Shown here piece by piece: positions 16,331-23,895 of a stretch of 32,980 nucleotides of DNA. This DNA is from an uncultured Pirellulales bacterium (lineage in GTDB: Bacteria > Planctomycetota > Phycisphaerae > Sedimentisphaerales > Anaerobacaceae). The notes beneath the pieces were generated by a model. That model had not been told where the DNA came from. It worked only from the letters and a program-made list of their open reading frames with translations, and did no database searches. The position numbers were made by a program, and so were the translations under genes. Numbering within the stretch: the first letter of the stretch is position 1; every line of letters starts with the position of its first letter. The DNA is taken from contig CAYZAH010000001.1 in the NCBI GenBank assembly GCA_964475805.1, positions 1-32,980 on the forward strand. Reading direction: 5' to 3'.

Positions 16331-17053
16331 CTACTCTCCCTCAACGATTTGTTTCAACCTGTTGCACAAGGCTGCGGCTAGCGAAGGCTCCGAGCCGGCC
16401 AGCTCAGCCAGAACCTTGGCTTTGGTCCGGTCGGTCATGTAATACAGAATCTTGGCCGCGTCGTCGAGGCTTCTGTGCGATCCGTCGACTTCGGTATTCT
16501 GTTCCGACCCTTCTCCACACATATTCGACATTATCTTACTGGCGCTCGTCGCGTCCATCTTGTCGTAGGTCGCTGCGATGGAGACCAGATTGACCTTTTC
16601 CGACACTTCAATCTCCAACCTGCTCTTGAGCAGTTTGTCGCGCTCGCTTTTCAGCGAGGCAACGGTCGAAGCAAGCTCGGTGCGCAGGTTGTTTAGGTTC
16701 TCGATGTCCTCCTTGAGCACATTCTGAGCCACATGCAGCCTCTTTTCTCGCACCTGAAGACCTTTCAGCTTGTCGTCATAGTCCCGCATTTTCTCGCGGA
16801 TACTCTGCACAAGACTCTCAAGCTGTTGCTCCGTCATGCTTTCTTTGGTCGGAGCAGAGCCTTGATCACTAACGCCCATCATACCCGCTTTTGGCCGGAC
16901 AAGCGGCTGTTGGATCCGGCTATCAGCAACCGCGGGCGGCTCGGTTTGATCGGGTTGCTCTGCCGCAGAAGGACTCGTCAGCCACGCGCAGGCGAAGGCC
17001 CCGGCAAAGGCGACCAATCCCGCAGCCGCTATGAGGACCACCTTCTTGATCAT
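16331..17053 (-). CDS. Membrane-anchored coiled-coil flagellar protein with an MgtE_N-like C-terminus (YlxF/FlbB/MotE-like position)
   Basis: N-terminal TM (MIKKVVLIAAAGLVAFAGAF), a long coiled coil, and a C-terminus SIAATYDKMDATSASKIMSNM ... AAKILYYMTDRTKAKVLAEL resembling the MgtE intracellular N-domain fold seen in the gene after fliJ in other flgB-type operons. I prefer the ATG at 17053 (GGAGAG SD) over 17086. Confidence 0.55.
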   Translation of the reverse strand: MIKKVVLIAAAGLVAFAGAFACAWLTSPSAAEQPDQTEPPAVADSRIQQPLVRPKAGMMGVSDQGSAPTKESMTEQQLESLVQSIREKMRDYDDKLKGLQVREKRLHVAQNVLKEDIENLNNLRTELASTVASLKSERDKLLKSRLEIEVSEKVNLVSIAATYDKMDATSASKIMSNMCGEGSEQNTEVDGSHRSLDDAAKILYYMTDRTKAKVLAELAGSEPSLAAALCNRLKQIVEGE

Positions 17054-17063
17054 CGGTGCTCTC

Positions 17064-17510
17064 CTAACTCTGAGTTTTCCGAACAAACGAGACTCCGGCC
17101 CTCTCGTCCAACTCTTTCTGTTCGAGTCTCTCTTGCTCAGCTATGAATTCTTCCCTTGCTTGTGCGCGCAACTTTTCCAAACCCTGTTTGTACCTTCTAA
17201 TCTTCAAGACTTCGGCGACTTTCTCTCGTTGTTGGCGCTCCAGCACGTGTATCTTGTCTTTAAGTTCTTTGATCCGTTCATCGCTTGTCACCGAATGCCT
17301 CAGAAAGAACTCCTGCTTATCCAGCCGGCGTTCCGGATTCTCCCCAGCCAAGCCGTGAATTATGTCTTCCAACATCTTCTGTTGCATCAGCAGCTCCCCA
17401 CGTGTCGCAGCTAACTTCTCGGCCAACTCAAACAACTCCGCCCTGGCCTTCTGCTCTTCCTTTTCCCTGATGTCGAGGACACGCTGTAACCGCCATACAA
17501 AACGTCTCAT
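17064..17510 (-). CDS. fliJ: Flagellar export chaperone/stalk protein FliJ
   Basis: 148-aa all-helical protein, RLQRVLDIREKEEQKARAELFELAEKLAATRGELL, positioned after fliI. Confidence 0.85.
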   Translation of the reverse strand: MRRFVWRLQRVLDIREKEEQKARAELFELAEKLAATRGELLMQQKMLEDIIHGLAGENPERRLDKQEFFLRHSVTSDERIKELKDKIHVLERQQREKVAEVLKIRRYKQGLEKLRAQAREEFIAEQERLEQKELDERAGVSFVRKTQS

Positions 17511-17557
17511 TCAATTTCTCTGCTTCACGCTCAATACTAGGGCACGCCGAACGCCAC

Positions 17558-18922
17558 TCACTGCGCGCGTGAGCTCAATAATCTGTCCCACGACTGGCTG
17601 ATGGACGTCAACCGCCGGACGGTCTCCGAGAATTCCGTTCTTTCGCGCGTCGGCTGAACAAGGAACTCCCGTATCTTATCAATTAGAGCAACAGCTCCAT
17701 CAATTCGGGGATTGCTCCCCGGAGAAAACGCACCGATGTTGATCAGGTCCTCGGCGTCGCGATAGATGGCGTAGATCTCTTTGAGCCTCTGTGCGGCACG
17801 CTTGTGCTCGTCGCTCGCAATGACGGGCATCAAACGGCTGATACTCTGGAGGATATCCACCGCCGGATAGTGACCCCGCTCGGCTAATCTTCTCGATAGA
17901 ACGATATGCCCGTCCAGCAGACTTCGAGCACTGTCGGCCACCGGGTCGCCCAGGTCATCGTTCTCCGCCAGAACCGTGAGAATACCCGTGATACTCCCAC
18001 TCTCGGCACAGCCCAAACGCTCGACAAGCCGGGGCATCAGGGAAAACACACTGGGGCAGTAGCCCTTGGTGGCCGGCGGCTCGCCGGCCGCAAGACCGAT
18101 TTCCCGCTGAGCCTGGGCAAAACGAGTGAGAGAATCCATCATGAAGAGAACGTTTGAGCCTTTGTCTCTGAAATACTCGGCAACCGTGACGGCGACGAAA
18201 GCCGCCTTCACGCGCTGGATGGGAGGAGAATCCGACGCGGCCACGACGACAACACTTCGTGCCAGCCCTTCCGGTCCGAGGTCAGACTCGATAAATTCGC
18301 GAACTTCCCGGCCTCGCTCGCCGATCAGGGCGACCACATTGACATCCGCTTCGCTCGAGTTGGCGATATCGCCGAGCAGGACGCTCTTGCCCACGCCGCT
18401 GCCCGAAAAGATACCCACTCTTTGCCCCTTGCCGCAGGTCAACACGCTGTCTATAGACCGAATGCCGAGGGCCAGAGGACTCACGATCTTTCCACGGCTC
18501 AAAGGCGGCGGGCTACTTGCGTTCAGAGGCTTGATATCAGTACCCGCCAACGGCCCTTTACCATCGATAGGTTCCGCCAGTCCATTGAGAACTCGTCCCA
18601 GAATACGACTGCTCAGTATAATATGGCGCGGCGTAGTTCGCGCCGTCACCGTATCGCCGGGAGATATACCTTCTATATGTTCCAACGGCAATAGGATGAG
18701 ATGGTCGTCCTTGAAGCCGACCACCTCGGCCAGCACACGACGGCCGCGACGAATCTGGATGCCGCACAACTCCCCCAACCCGATCGCCGGGCCGGAAGAT
18801 TCTACCGATTGGCCGGAGACGCTCACCACTAAACCTTGACAGTCCAGCAGATTCACATCGCGAAGTGCCGAATGGAACTTATCAAAATCTATTAGATTAG
18901 GACCAGTCTTTGTTGCGACCAT
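17558..18922 (-). CDS. fliI: Flagellum-specific ATPase FliI
   Basis: Walker A GIFSGSGVGKSVLLG, Walker B VLFMMDSLTRFAQAQRE, F1-beta-like overall. Confidence 0.97.
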   Translation of the reverse strand: MVATKTGPNLIDFDKFHSALRDVNLLDCQGLVVSVSGQSVESSGPAIGLGELCGIQIRRGRRVLAEVVGFKDDHLILLPLEHIEGISPGDTVTARTTPRHIILSSRILGRVLNGLAEPIDGKGPLAGTDIKPLNASSPPPLSRGKIVSPLALGIRSIDSVLTCGKGQRVGIFSGSGVGKSVLLGDIANSSEADVNVVALIGERGREVREFIESDLGPEGLARSVVVVAASDSPPIQRVKAAFVAVTVAEYFRDKGSNVLFMMDSLTRFAQAQREIGLAAGEPPATKGYCPSVFSLMPRLVERLGCAESGSITGILTVLAENDDLGDPVADSARSLLDGHIVLSRRLAERGHYPAVDILQSISRLMPVIASDEHKRAAQRLKEIYAIYRDAEDLINIGAFSPGSNPRIDGAVALIDKIREFLVQPTRERTEFSETVRRLTSISQSWDRLLSSRAQ

Positions 18923-18925
18923 AAC

Positions 18926-19531
18926 TCAGTGTGACCTCTGAAGCGCCTGGCTAACTCGTTCCAAATTCTCCTCGATCAGCGATTTGACAATTCCCTTGGG
19001 GGTCTCGAGCAGGCACTCCGCCCGCCCAATCGTTGGATCGGGTACAAACTTCACACCCGCGAAAGCATCGTCCAGTTCATTCTCCGCAAGAGATTCCGAG
19101 GACGGCTCATTCGATAATGTCTTGCGAAATTGCATATGGTCTTCCGGATTCAGATGCACCACAACATCGTGATGGCTTGGTGCATTCGTGAGCGCTTCTT
19201 TAATGATGGACTCTATCTCGTAGTCACCATTTTCCGTCTTCTGCAGGAGAATCTTTCTGGCAATTTCCACTGAGAGTTTGGCGATTTGGTCTCCGTGGTT
19301 TACAAAGAGCCCGTCATAGAACTCATTCAGCTTACCCGCCGCACTGCGAAGAGCCTGGCAAGTTTGTGTAAGCACTTCTGGTAGCTCACCACTCGTCCCT
19401 TGGAGTTCGCGAGGCGACGAGTCGGGAGTATTAGGCTTTAGCTTCCGAGTTCCGAGTGTCGAGTCCTGAGCGTCGATAACCGTGGCTGAGGCAATCGGTC
19501 GGGATAGATTGATTGTGACTGAATTGGGCAT
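18926..19531 (-). CDS. fliH: Flagellar export protein FliH
   Basis: Positioned between fliG and fliI. The C-terminal segment VVVHLNPEDH ... GRAECLLETPKGIVKSLIEENLERV is FliH-like. Confidence 0.85.
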   Translation of the reverse strand: MPNSVTINLSRPIASATVIDAQDSTLGTRKLKPNTPDSSPRELQGTSGELPEVLTQTCQALRSAAGKLNEFYDGLFVNHGDQIAKLSVEIARKILLQKTENGDYEIESIIKEALTNAPSHHDVVVHLNPEDHMQFRKTLSNEPSSESLAENELDDAFAGVKFVPDPTIGRAECLLETPKGIVKSLIEENLERVSQALQRSH

Positions 19532-19535
19532 CAGA

Positions 19536-20573
19536 CTACTCTTCTACAAACATAAGCTCGCCCTTTTTGTTCATCTCCCGAAGAACCTGGACAATCTCCT
19601 CTCTGGCGTTCTCTATATCCTCCTTTCTGGGAGCGGACATAAGCGATGTCTCCTCGTCGATTGTAGCGACGGCTCGTTCGGAAAGATTGGATCGGATCTT
19701 TTTGGCCACCCCCTCATCGGCTTTTTGCAACGCCAATGCCAGTTTCGTGGCATCGATTCCCCTCAGCGCCTCTTGCAGCGATCTATCCGTCACCTGTGGC
19801 ACATCCGTCCAGACGATCATCAGGTCCGCTACCGTATCGGCGGTCTTGTCGTCTTTTCCCTTGATGGCCTCGAGCAAACCATCCCGCAGCCCTTGGCTGA
19901 GATTGCGCAAGATCACGGCCACTTTTCTTAAGGACTGTTCGGGCCGGTCGGCCGAAGCCTCGTCCGAGCCGCCGGTCGAAATCGCCTTAAGACGTCTGCA
20001 AATGGTCTCTGCGATGCGCGCCTTCGCTTCCATCGTCACCATTTCACGGCCAGCCATTCGATGGATGGCGCTGCGCCGGACTTCCTCGCTTAGAAGCTCC
20101 AGAACTGCCGAACTTTTCTTGACCGACAGTTCCGACAGAACCACGGCCGCCGCTTGCGGATGCTCATCGGCCAAAACAGATGCAATCGCCTGGGGCTCGG
20201 CCGAACGAATCGAAATGAAAGGATCGCGCTTGTTTAGCAAATGTCGTATCTGAGCCTGGATCTGCTCGGTCTTCTCGTGCCCCACGGTACTTCGTAACAT
20301 GTCGTTCAGAAACCTGTTGAGATGGAATTCCTCGCCGGCTCGTAGTGAAGAGCAAAATTGCTGGATGACTTCGGCGCTCTGCTTACCTGTTCTCAGGCCG
20401 GCCGCGTCCAGATAGGCCAACTCGACTGCTAATTCTTGAACCGCTTGAGGGTCAAGCCCCTTGACCAATTCCGCTGCCGTGGCGGCGTCAAGACTCATCA
20501 ACAGCATCGCCGCCTTTTGTTTGCCCGTCAATGCCATCCGTCTATTCCCCGTTCCCTTCGATCCAACTGGCAA
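19536..20573 (-). CDS. fliG: Flagellar motor switch/rotor protein FliG
   Basis: LTGKQKAAMLLMSLD N-terminus, armadillo-like repeats, and a torque-helix region near the C-terminus. The real start may be the ATG at 20537 (MALTGKQKAA), just after the fliF stop, rather than 20573. Confidence 0.93.
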   Translation of the reverse strand: MPVGSKGTGNRRMALTGKQKAAMLLMSLDAATAAELVKGLDPQAVQELAVELAYLDAAGLRTGKQSAEVIQQFCSSLRAGEEFHLNRFLNDMLRSTVGHEKTEQIQAQIRHLLNKRDPFISIRSAEPQAIASVLADEHPQAAAVVLSELSVKKSSAVLELLSEEVRRSAIHRMAGREMVTMEAKARIAETICRRLKAISTGGSDEASADRPEQSLRKVAVILRNLSQGLRDGLLEAIKGKDDKTADTVADLMIVWTDVPQVTDRSLQEALRGIDATKLALALQKADEGVAKKIRSNLSERAVATIDEETSLMSAPRKEDIENAREEIVQVLREMNKKGELMFVEE

Positions 20574-22065
20574 ACAACTGCCTGACGCGTTCGGGATTGC
20601 TCTCTAATGCGCGCGCGATCTGTCGGCGCAAGAACAAAGGCTGCGAAACCTCGGAGCCGCCTGGAGCCAAACCTGGAAGAAGACCGGCTGCGTCCTCACT
20701 CCCCGGCGGCTGGCCCGATTCCGCCTTGAGCCGGACCTTTTTCTTTGCCCCTTTGAACATGCGCAAAACGAGCAGCGCGCAAATCGCCATGATCCCCAAC
20801 GACGCCTGCCCGGCGATCGCCAGATAATCGAGACCGCCCGAGACGTCCGCGTCCGCCAACAGATTGGGCGCAGGTTGAAATTTGGCGCTAACAACTTTGA
20901 GCGAGTCTCCGCCCGCAAGATTCAGGCCAAGCGCGTTTTCGATCAGCTTTTCGACGTCATTGGCATCCATGATCTTCGCCGTGACCCCGTTCGCATCGGC
21001 CGCATTCGCATCAGCCACCGATAAGTCAACAACCGCGGCCACGGACAGAGACATGATCTCGCCGGGCAGAACCACTTCTTGCGTCACCGTCTTGCCCACC
21101 TGGTATTCGGTGACAATGGTCTCGTCTTTCTTGGTGCTCCCCGGCGTCGCTGCGCCGCTCGCAACGGTCCCATTGCTCGCTGCGATTTCTGAGCCGTTTG
21201 TAATCTCTTCCTTTGTGGCGACACCTTTCGGCTCGTACTTCTCCGTGACGGTGTTCACGCTATTCATGTCAAGCACGGCGTGGACCCTCACCTTTGCCCG
21301 TCCCGGACCCAGGACGGTTGTGAGCAACTCTTCGACTTTGTTCTGCAAACTCTGCTCCACTCTTTCTCTGTAGTCTTGTACGGTGCCGGCCCCGCTGGCC
21401 ATTTCCTGGCCCGATTTGCCGGAGAGGAGACGTCCCTGACTGTCAATGACCGTCACGTTGTCCGAGGTAAGACCCTCGACGCTGCCCGAGACCAAATGCG
21501 TGATGGCCGCGACGTTCAATGCGCTCAGTCGATAGCCCGGCTGAAGTCGAAGAACCACGGAGGCCGTCGTCTTGCCCGCTTCCGACGTGAAGAGCGTTTG
21601 TTCCGAACGCACAATATGAACCCGGGCGTGAGCCACGCCGTCGATCATCTGGATACTCTTGGCAAGCTCTTCCTGGAGCGCGCGTTTGAGGTTAACGCTC
21701 TGGACAAAGGGGCTGACGCCGATCTTTTCATTCTCAAATATCTTATATCCCCCCTGCTCGCCCGCCGGCAGCCCGTCTCTCGCCAAATCCAGGCGAAGCT
21801 GATAGACCTTCTCTTTCGGAACGTAGATACTTGTCCCGCCGTTCCGCAATTCATAGGCAACGCCCTGTTCGGCGACCTTCTCTACAACTTCAGCCGCCTC
21901 TTCAGGAGCAAGCTCCTGGTAGAGCATCCTCATATCGGGCCGGCGAGCCCAGTAGACGAGCAGCACACTGACAAGGCCGAAAGTCACGATAATTGCAACA
22001 AGTAAAGCTCGCTGCACGAGACTTATCTTTTGCCAAATGGCCCTTATCTTCTGGAGAAAACTCAT
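20542..22065 (-). CDS. fliF: Flagellar MS-ring protein FliF
   Basis: N-terminal TM followed by MRMLYQELAPEEAAEVVEKVAEQGVAYELRNGGTSIYVPKEKVYQLRLDLARDGLP, and a C-terminal TM plus FliG-binding tail. Confidence 0.95.
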   Translation of the reverse strand: MSFLQKIRAIWQKISLVQRALLVAIIVTFGLVSVLLVYWARRPDMRMLYQELAPEEAAEVVEKVAEQGVAYELRNGGTSIYVPKEKVYQLRLDLARDGLPAGEQGGYKIFENEKIGVSPFVQSVNLKRALQEELAKSIQMIDGVAHARVHIVRSEQTLFTSEAGKTTASVVLRLQPGYRLSALNVAAITHLVSGSVEGLTSDNVTVIDSQGRLLSGKSGQEMASGAGTVQDYRERVEQSLQNKVEELLTTVLGPGRAKVRVHAVLDMNSVNTVTEKYEPKGVATKEEITNGSEIAASNGTVASGAATPGSTKKDETIVTEYQVGKTVTQEVVLPGEIMSLSVAAVVDLSVADANAADANGVTAKIMDANDVEKLIENALGLNLAGGDSLKVVSAKFQPAPNLLADADVSGGLDYLAIAGQASLGIMAICALLVLRMFKGAKKKVRLKAESGQPPGSEDAAGLLPGLAPGGSEVSQPLFLRRQIARALESNPERVRQLFASWIEGNGE

Positions 22066-22092
22066 GGAGCTTCTTTCCTATGAAGTGCTAAA

Positions 22093-22173
22093 ATGACACG
22101 TCAGTGTCATCCCGAGCGAAACCGAGGGATCTGACTCGTGAAAATAAGATTGCTTCGCTGCGCTCGCAATGAC
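22093..22173. repeat. Compound palindromic (REP/MITE-like) element in the fliE-fliF spacer
   Basis: Hairpin ATGACAC-gtca-GTGTCAT (22093-22110). Then two inverted ~26-nt units: GTCATCCCGAGCGAAACCGAGGGATC (22106-22131), and 22148-22173, whose reverse complement is GTCATTGCGAGCGCAGCGAAGCAATC (18/26 identical by my hand alignment). Each unit is self-complementary at its ends (ATCCC/GGGAT and ATTGC/GCAAT). Six-frame translation gives the peptide LLRCARNDR. Confidence 0.7.
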
Positions 22174-22183
22174 AGGGTCGCAA

Positions 22184-22228
22184 TCACTTTAGTCATTTTA
22201 GTCACTTTAGCTCACTTTAGTCACTTTG
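22184..22228. repeat. Five tandem copies of the 9-mer TCACTTTAG (one variant TCATTTTAG, one 1-nt insertion, last copy truncated)
   Basis: Read directly: TCACTTTAG TCATTTTAG TCACTTTAG c TCACTTTAG TCACTTTG. It ends 1 nt before the fliE stop codon at 22230. Confidence 0.85.
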
Positions 22229-22229
22229 C

Positions 22230-22583
22230 CTACAGCGGCATATTCATCGTCTGTTTATACGCTTCGATAAGCTTGTTCCTGACACCGACCAGCAGCTTGA
22301 AACTCGCATCAGCCTTGGCGGCGGCGGAGGCCACGGAAGTAACGTCTTCGCTCTTGCCGGACAGAAAGTCTTTAATGGACATGTCCGATGATTGCTGGAT
22401 ATCATCAACCTGCGAAAGATAGCTTTTGATCGCGTTGGCAAATTGTGTCTTGTTCCCGTTGGCACCGCCCGCCTTTGCGGTCCCAAGAGATTCCAGGCCG
22501 GCGCCGGCTCGGGCGGCGTCCGCCTCCCAGATGCTCTTCATGGATTCGACAGACTTGCCTACGTTGGCATCAAAGTTAACCAT
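22230..22583 (-). CDS. fliE: Flagellar hook-basal body protein FliE
   Basis: 117 aa. C-terminus AAAKADASFKLLVGVRNKLIEAYKQTMNMPL is the typical FliE signature. Confidence 0.93.
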   Translation of the reverse strand: MVNFDANVGKSVESMKSIWEADAARAGAGLESLGTAKAGGANGNKTQFANAIKSYLSQVDDIQQSSDMSIKDFLSGKSEDVTSVASAAAKADASFKLLVGVRNKLIEAYKQTMNMPL

Positions 22584-22591
22584 AAGTTCAC

Positions 22592-23083
22592 CTATCGGAG
22601 TAATTCGAGCGTAGTTTCAACCATCTGCTGATAGCGTTTCAAGACGGCTACGTTGGCTTGATACACGCGCGTCGCAACATTGAGGTTCATCATCTCGATG
22701 GGCAAATTAACATTCGGCATGGAGACGTATCCGCTCTCGTCCGCCAGAGGATTGCCCGGATCTAATATTTTCTGAAAATCGCTCATATCAGTGAAGACCT
22801 GGTCCGCCGTGACACCGCCCATCTCGTCATCCGCTCGGAGGATCACTTCGTGTCTTCGGTAAGGCTCGCCCTGGCCCGCGTCGACGGTACGTGCATTGGC
22901 GACGTTCGATGAAATCATCTCCATCTGTCGGCTCTGCGCCCGCAGGCCGGAAATGGCTATATCTATGGGCCTGAAACTACCATCAACTTCCACTTGCTTT
23001 GGTCCCTTCTCAAGTTGACTAATGTCTATTGAACGGCTCGTATGGAACGATCTGTCATCAACGCGGAAATAGTCAATAGTCAA
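22592..23083 (-). CDS. flgC: Flagellar proximal rod protein FlgC
   Basis: ISGLRAQSRQMEMISSNVANARTV N-terminal rod motif, and C-terminus ANVAVLKRYQQMVETTLELLR. Confidence 0.95.
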   Translation of the reverse strand: MTIDYFRVDDRSFHTSRSIDISQLEKGPKQVEVDGSFRPIDIAISGLRAQSRQMEMISSNVANARTVDAGQGEPYRRHEVILRADDEMGGVTADQVFTDMSDFQKILDPGNPLADESGYVSMPNVNLPIEMMNLNVATRVYQANVAVLKRYQQMVETTLELLR

Positions 23084-23085
23084 TC

Positions 23086-23454
23086 CTACTGCGTTCCGAC
23101 CGCCAGCTCGATCTGGTTGTATTTTTTGGCGAGCAATCGGACAAACGCACGGTGGCGAATTGTGTTCCTAATCATTTGGCCGACCTCGGTTTCGTAGTTG
23201 ACGTCGTTACCGTTGGACTTCACCGGGGTCTTCTCGGGCCGGTAGATTTCGGGCGTGATCTTCCCAAGGTCAACCGCGTCGCCCGATTTGACACACTTGG
23301 CAAGCAGTTCCTCAAACTTGACGTCGATCCTCCGGTAGCCGGGAGTCTCAAGATTGGCGATGTTGCTGGTTATCGCTCGCTGTCTGAGACTTTCGGCCTT
23401 TATGCCGGCCTCGATAAGATCGACTATGTTGTTCGTTCCGGACATCCGGATCAC
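23086..23454 (-). CDS. flgB: Flagellar proximal rod protein FlgB
   Basis: SLRQRAITSNIANLETPGYRRIDVKFEELL. The longest ORF starts at GTG 23454. The ATG at 23445 sits 8 nt after GAGG (GAGGTGATCCGGATG) and is the more likely start. Confidence 0.93.
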   Translation of the reverse strand: MIRMSGTNNIVDLIEAGIKAESLRQRAITSNIANLETPGYRRIDVKFEELLAKCVKSGDAVDLGKITPEIYRPEKTPVKSNGNDVNYETEVGQMIRNTIRHRAFVRLLAKKYNQIELAVGTQ

Positions 23455-23492
23455 CTCGATAAATACACAAACATCATCCGGCCAAGAACAAC

Positions 23493-23508
23493 TGCAAGAA
23501 TCATGCCA
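23493..23508 (-). promoter_or_regulatory. Sigma54 (-24/-12) promoter candidate for the flgB operon
   Basis: The minus strand reads TGGCATGATTCTTGCA compared with TGGCACG-N4-TTGCW (one mismatch, exact spacing), about 40-50 nt upstream of the flgB start. Confidence 0.65.
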
Positions 23509-23850
23509 GATGTTCCGGGATCACTCCGATCGGCGATTCGAGACTGAAATCGACAACTCGCGAGCAGCAAGCGCGTCTGGATATTCACGGTGGTGTAAGG
23601 ATATCATACAACACGCATCCCTTCCGATGGGAGGTCTCTGAGTCCCTGGACGCGCCGGATCGCGGCCTTTGGAGTCCTTGTGTCGCCTTACTAATGGGGC
23701 GCCTCGGAAATCTCTGCCTAACCATGGGAATCTTTCTCCGCATTCGGGACCGCACATCAAGCGTTCTGTCACAACCATTGTTTTTTCAATATTGATAAGT
23801 ATATAAAATCACATCATTTACGCTTCAAAGAGCCTTGAAGACGGCTCCTC

Positions 23851-23866
23851 TGGCATAGAAGTTGCT
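23851..23866 (+). promoter_or_regulatory. Sigma54 (-24/-12) promoter candidate for fliK and downstream genes
   Basis: TGGCATAGAAGTTGCT compared with TGGCACG-N4-TTGCW (exact GG/GC spacing), about 30 nt upstream of the fliK ATG at 23896. Confidence 0.65.
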
Positions 23867-23895
23867 CATTCCCTCCTGTCTTGTAAGGTGTGCGC

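Noticed and set aside
22184-22228. Tandem 9-mers as a possible CRISPR array
   Set aside because: The units are 9 bp and directly abutting with no spacers, and there are no cas genes. This is a micro/minisatellite-like tandem repeat, not CRISPR.
22138-22422. 94-aa plus-strand ORF beginning MKIRLLRCARNDRVAI
   Set aside because: Its N-terminus is simply the translation of the palindromic repeat unit, and the remainder is antisense to fliE.
23455-23462. CTCGATAA next to the flgB start as another sigma28 -10 element (plus strand)
   Set aside because: The 8-mer 11 nt upstream (TTCCGGAC) has no resemblance to TAAAGTTT, and the nearest plus-strand gene is more than 430 nt away behind a sigma54 promoter.
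23521-23778. 85-aa minus-strand ORF in the flgB-fliK control region
   Set aside because: It has no SD and an Arg/Pro/Gly-rich low-information sequence. It also lies upstream of (behind) the minus-strand sigma54 promoter. The region is better explained as regulatory DNA.
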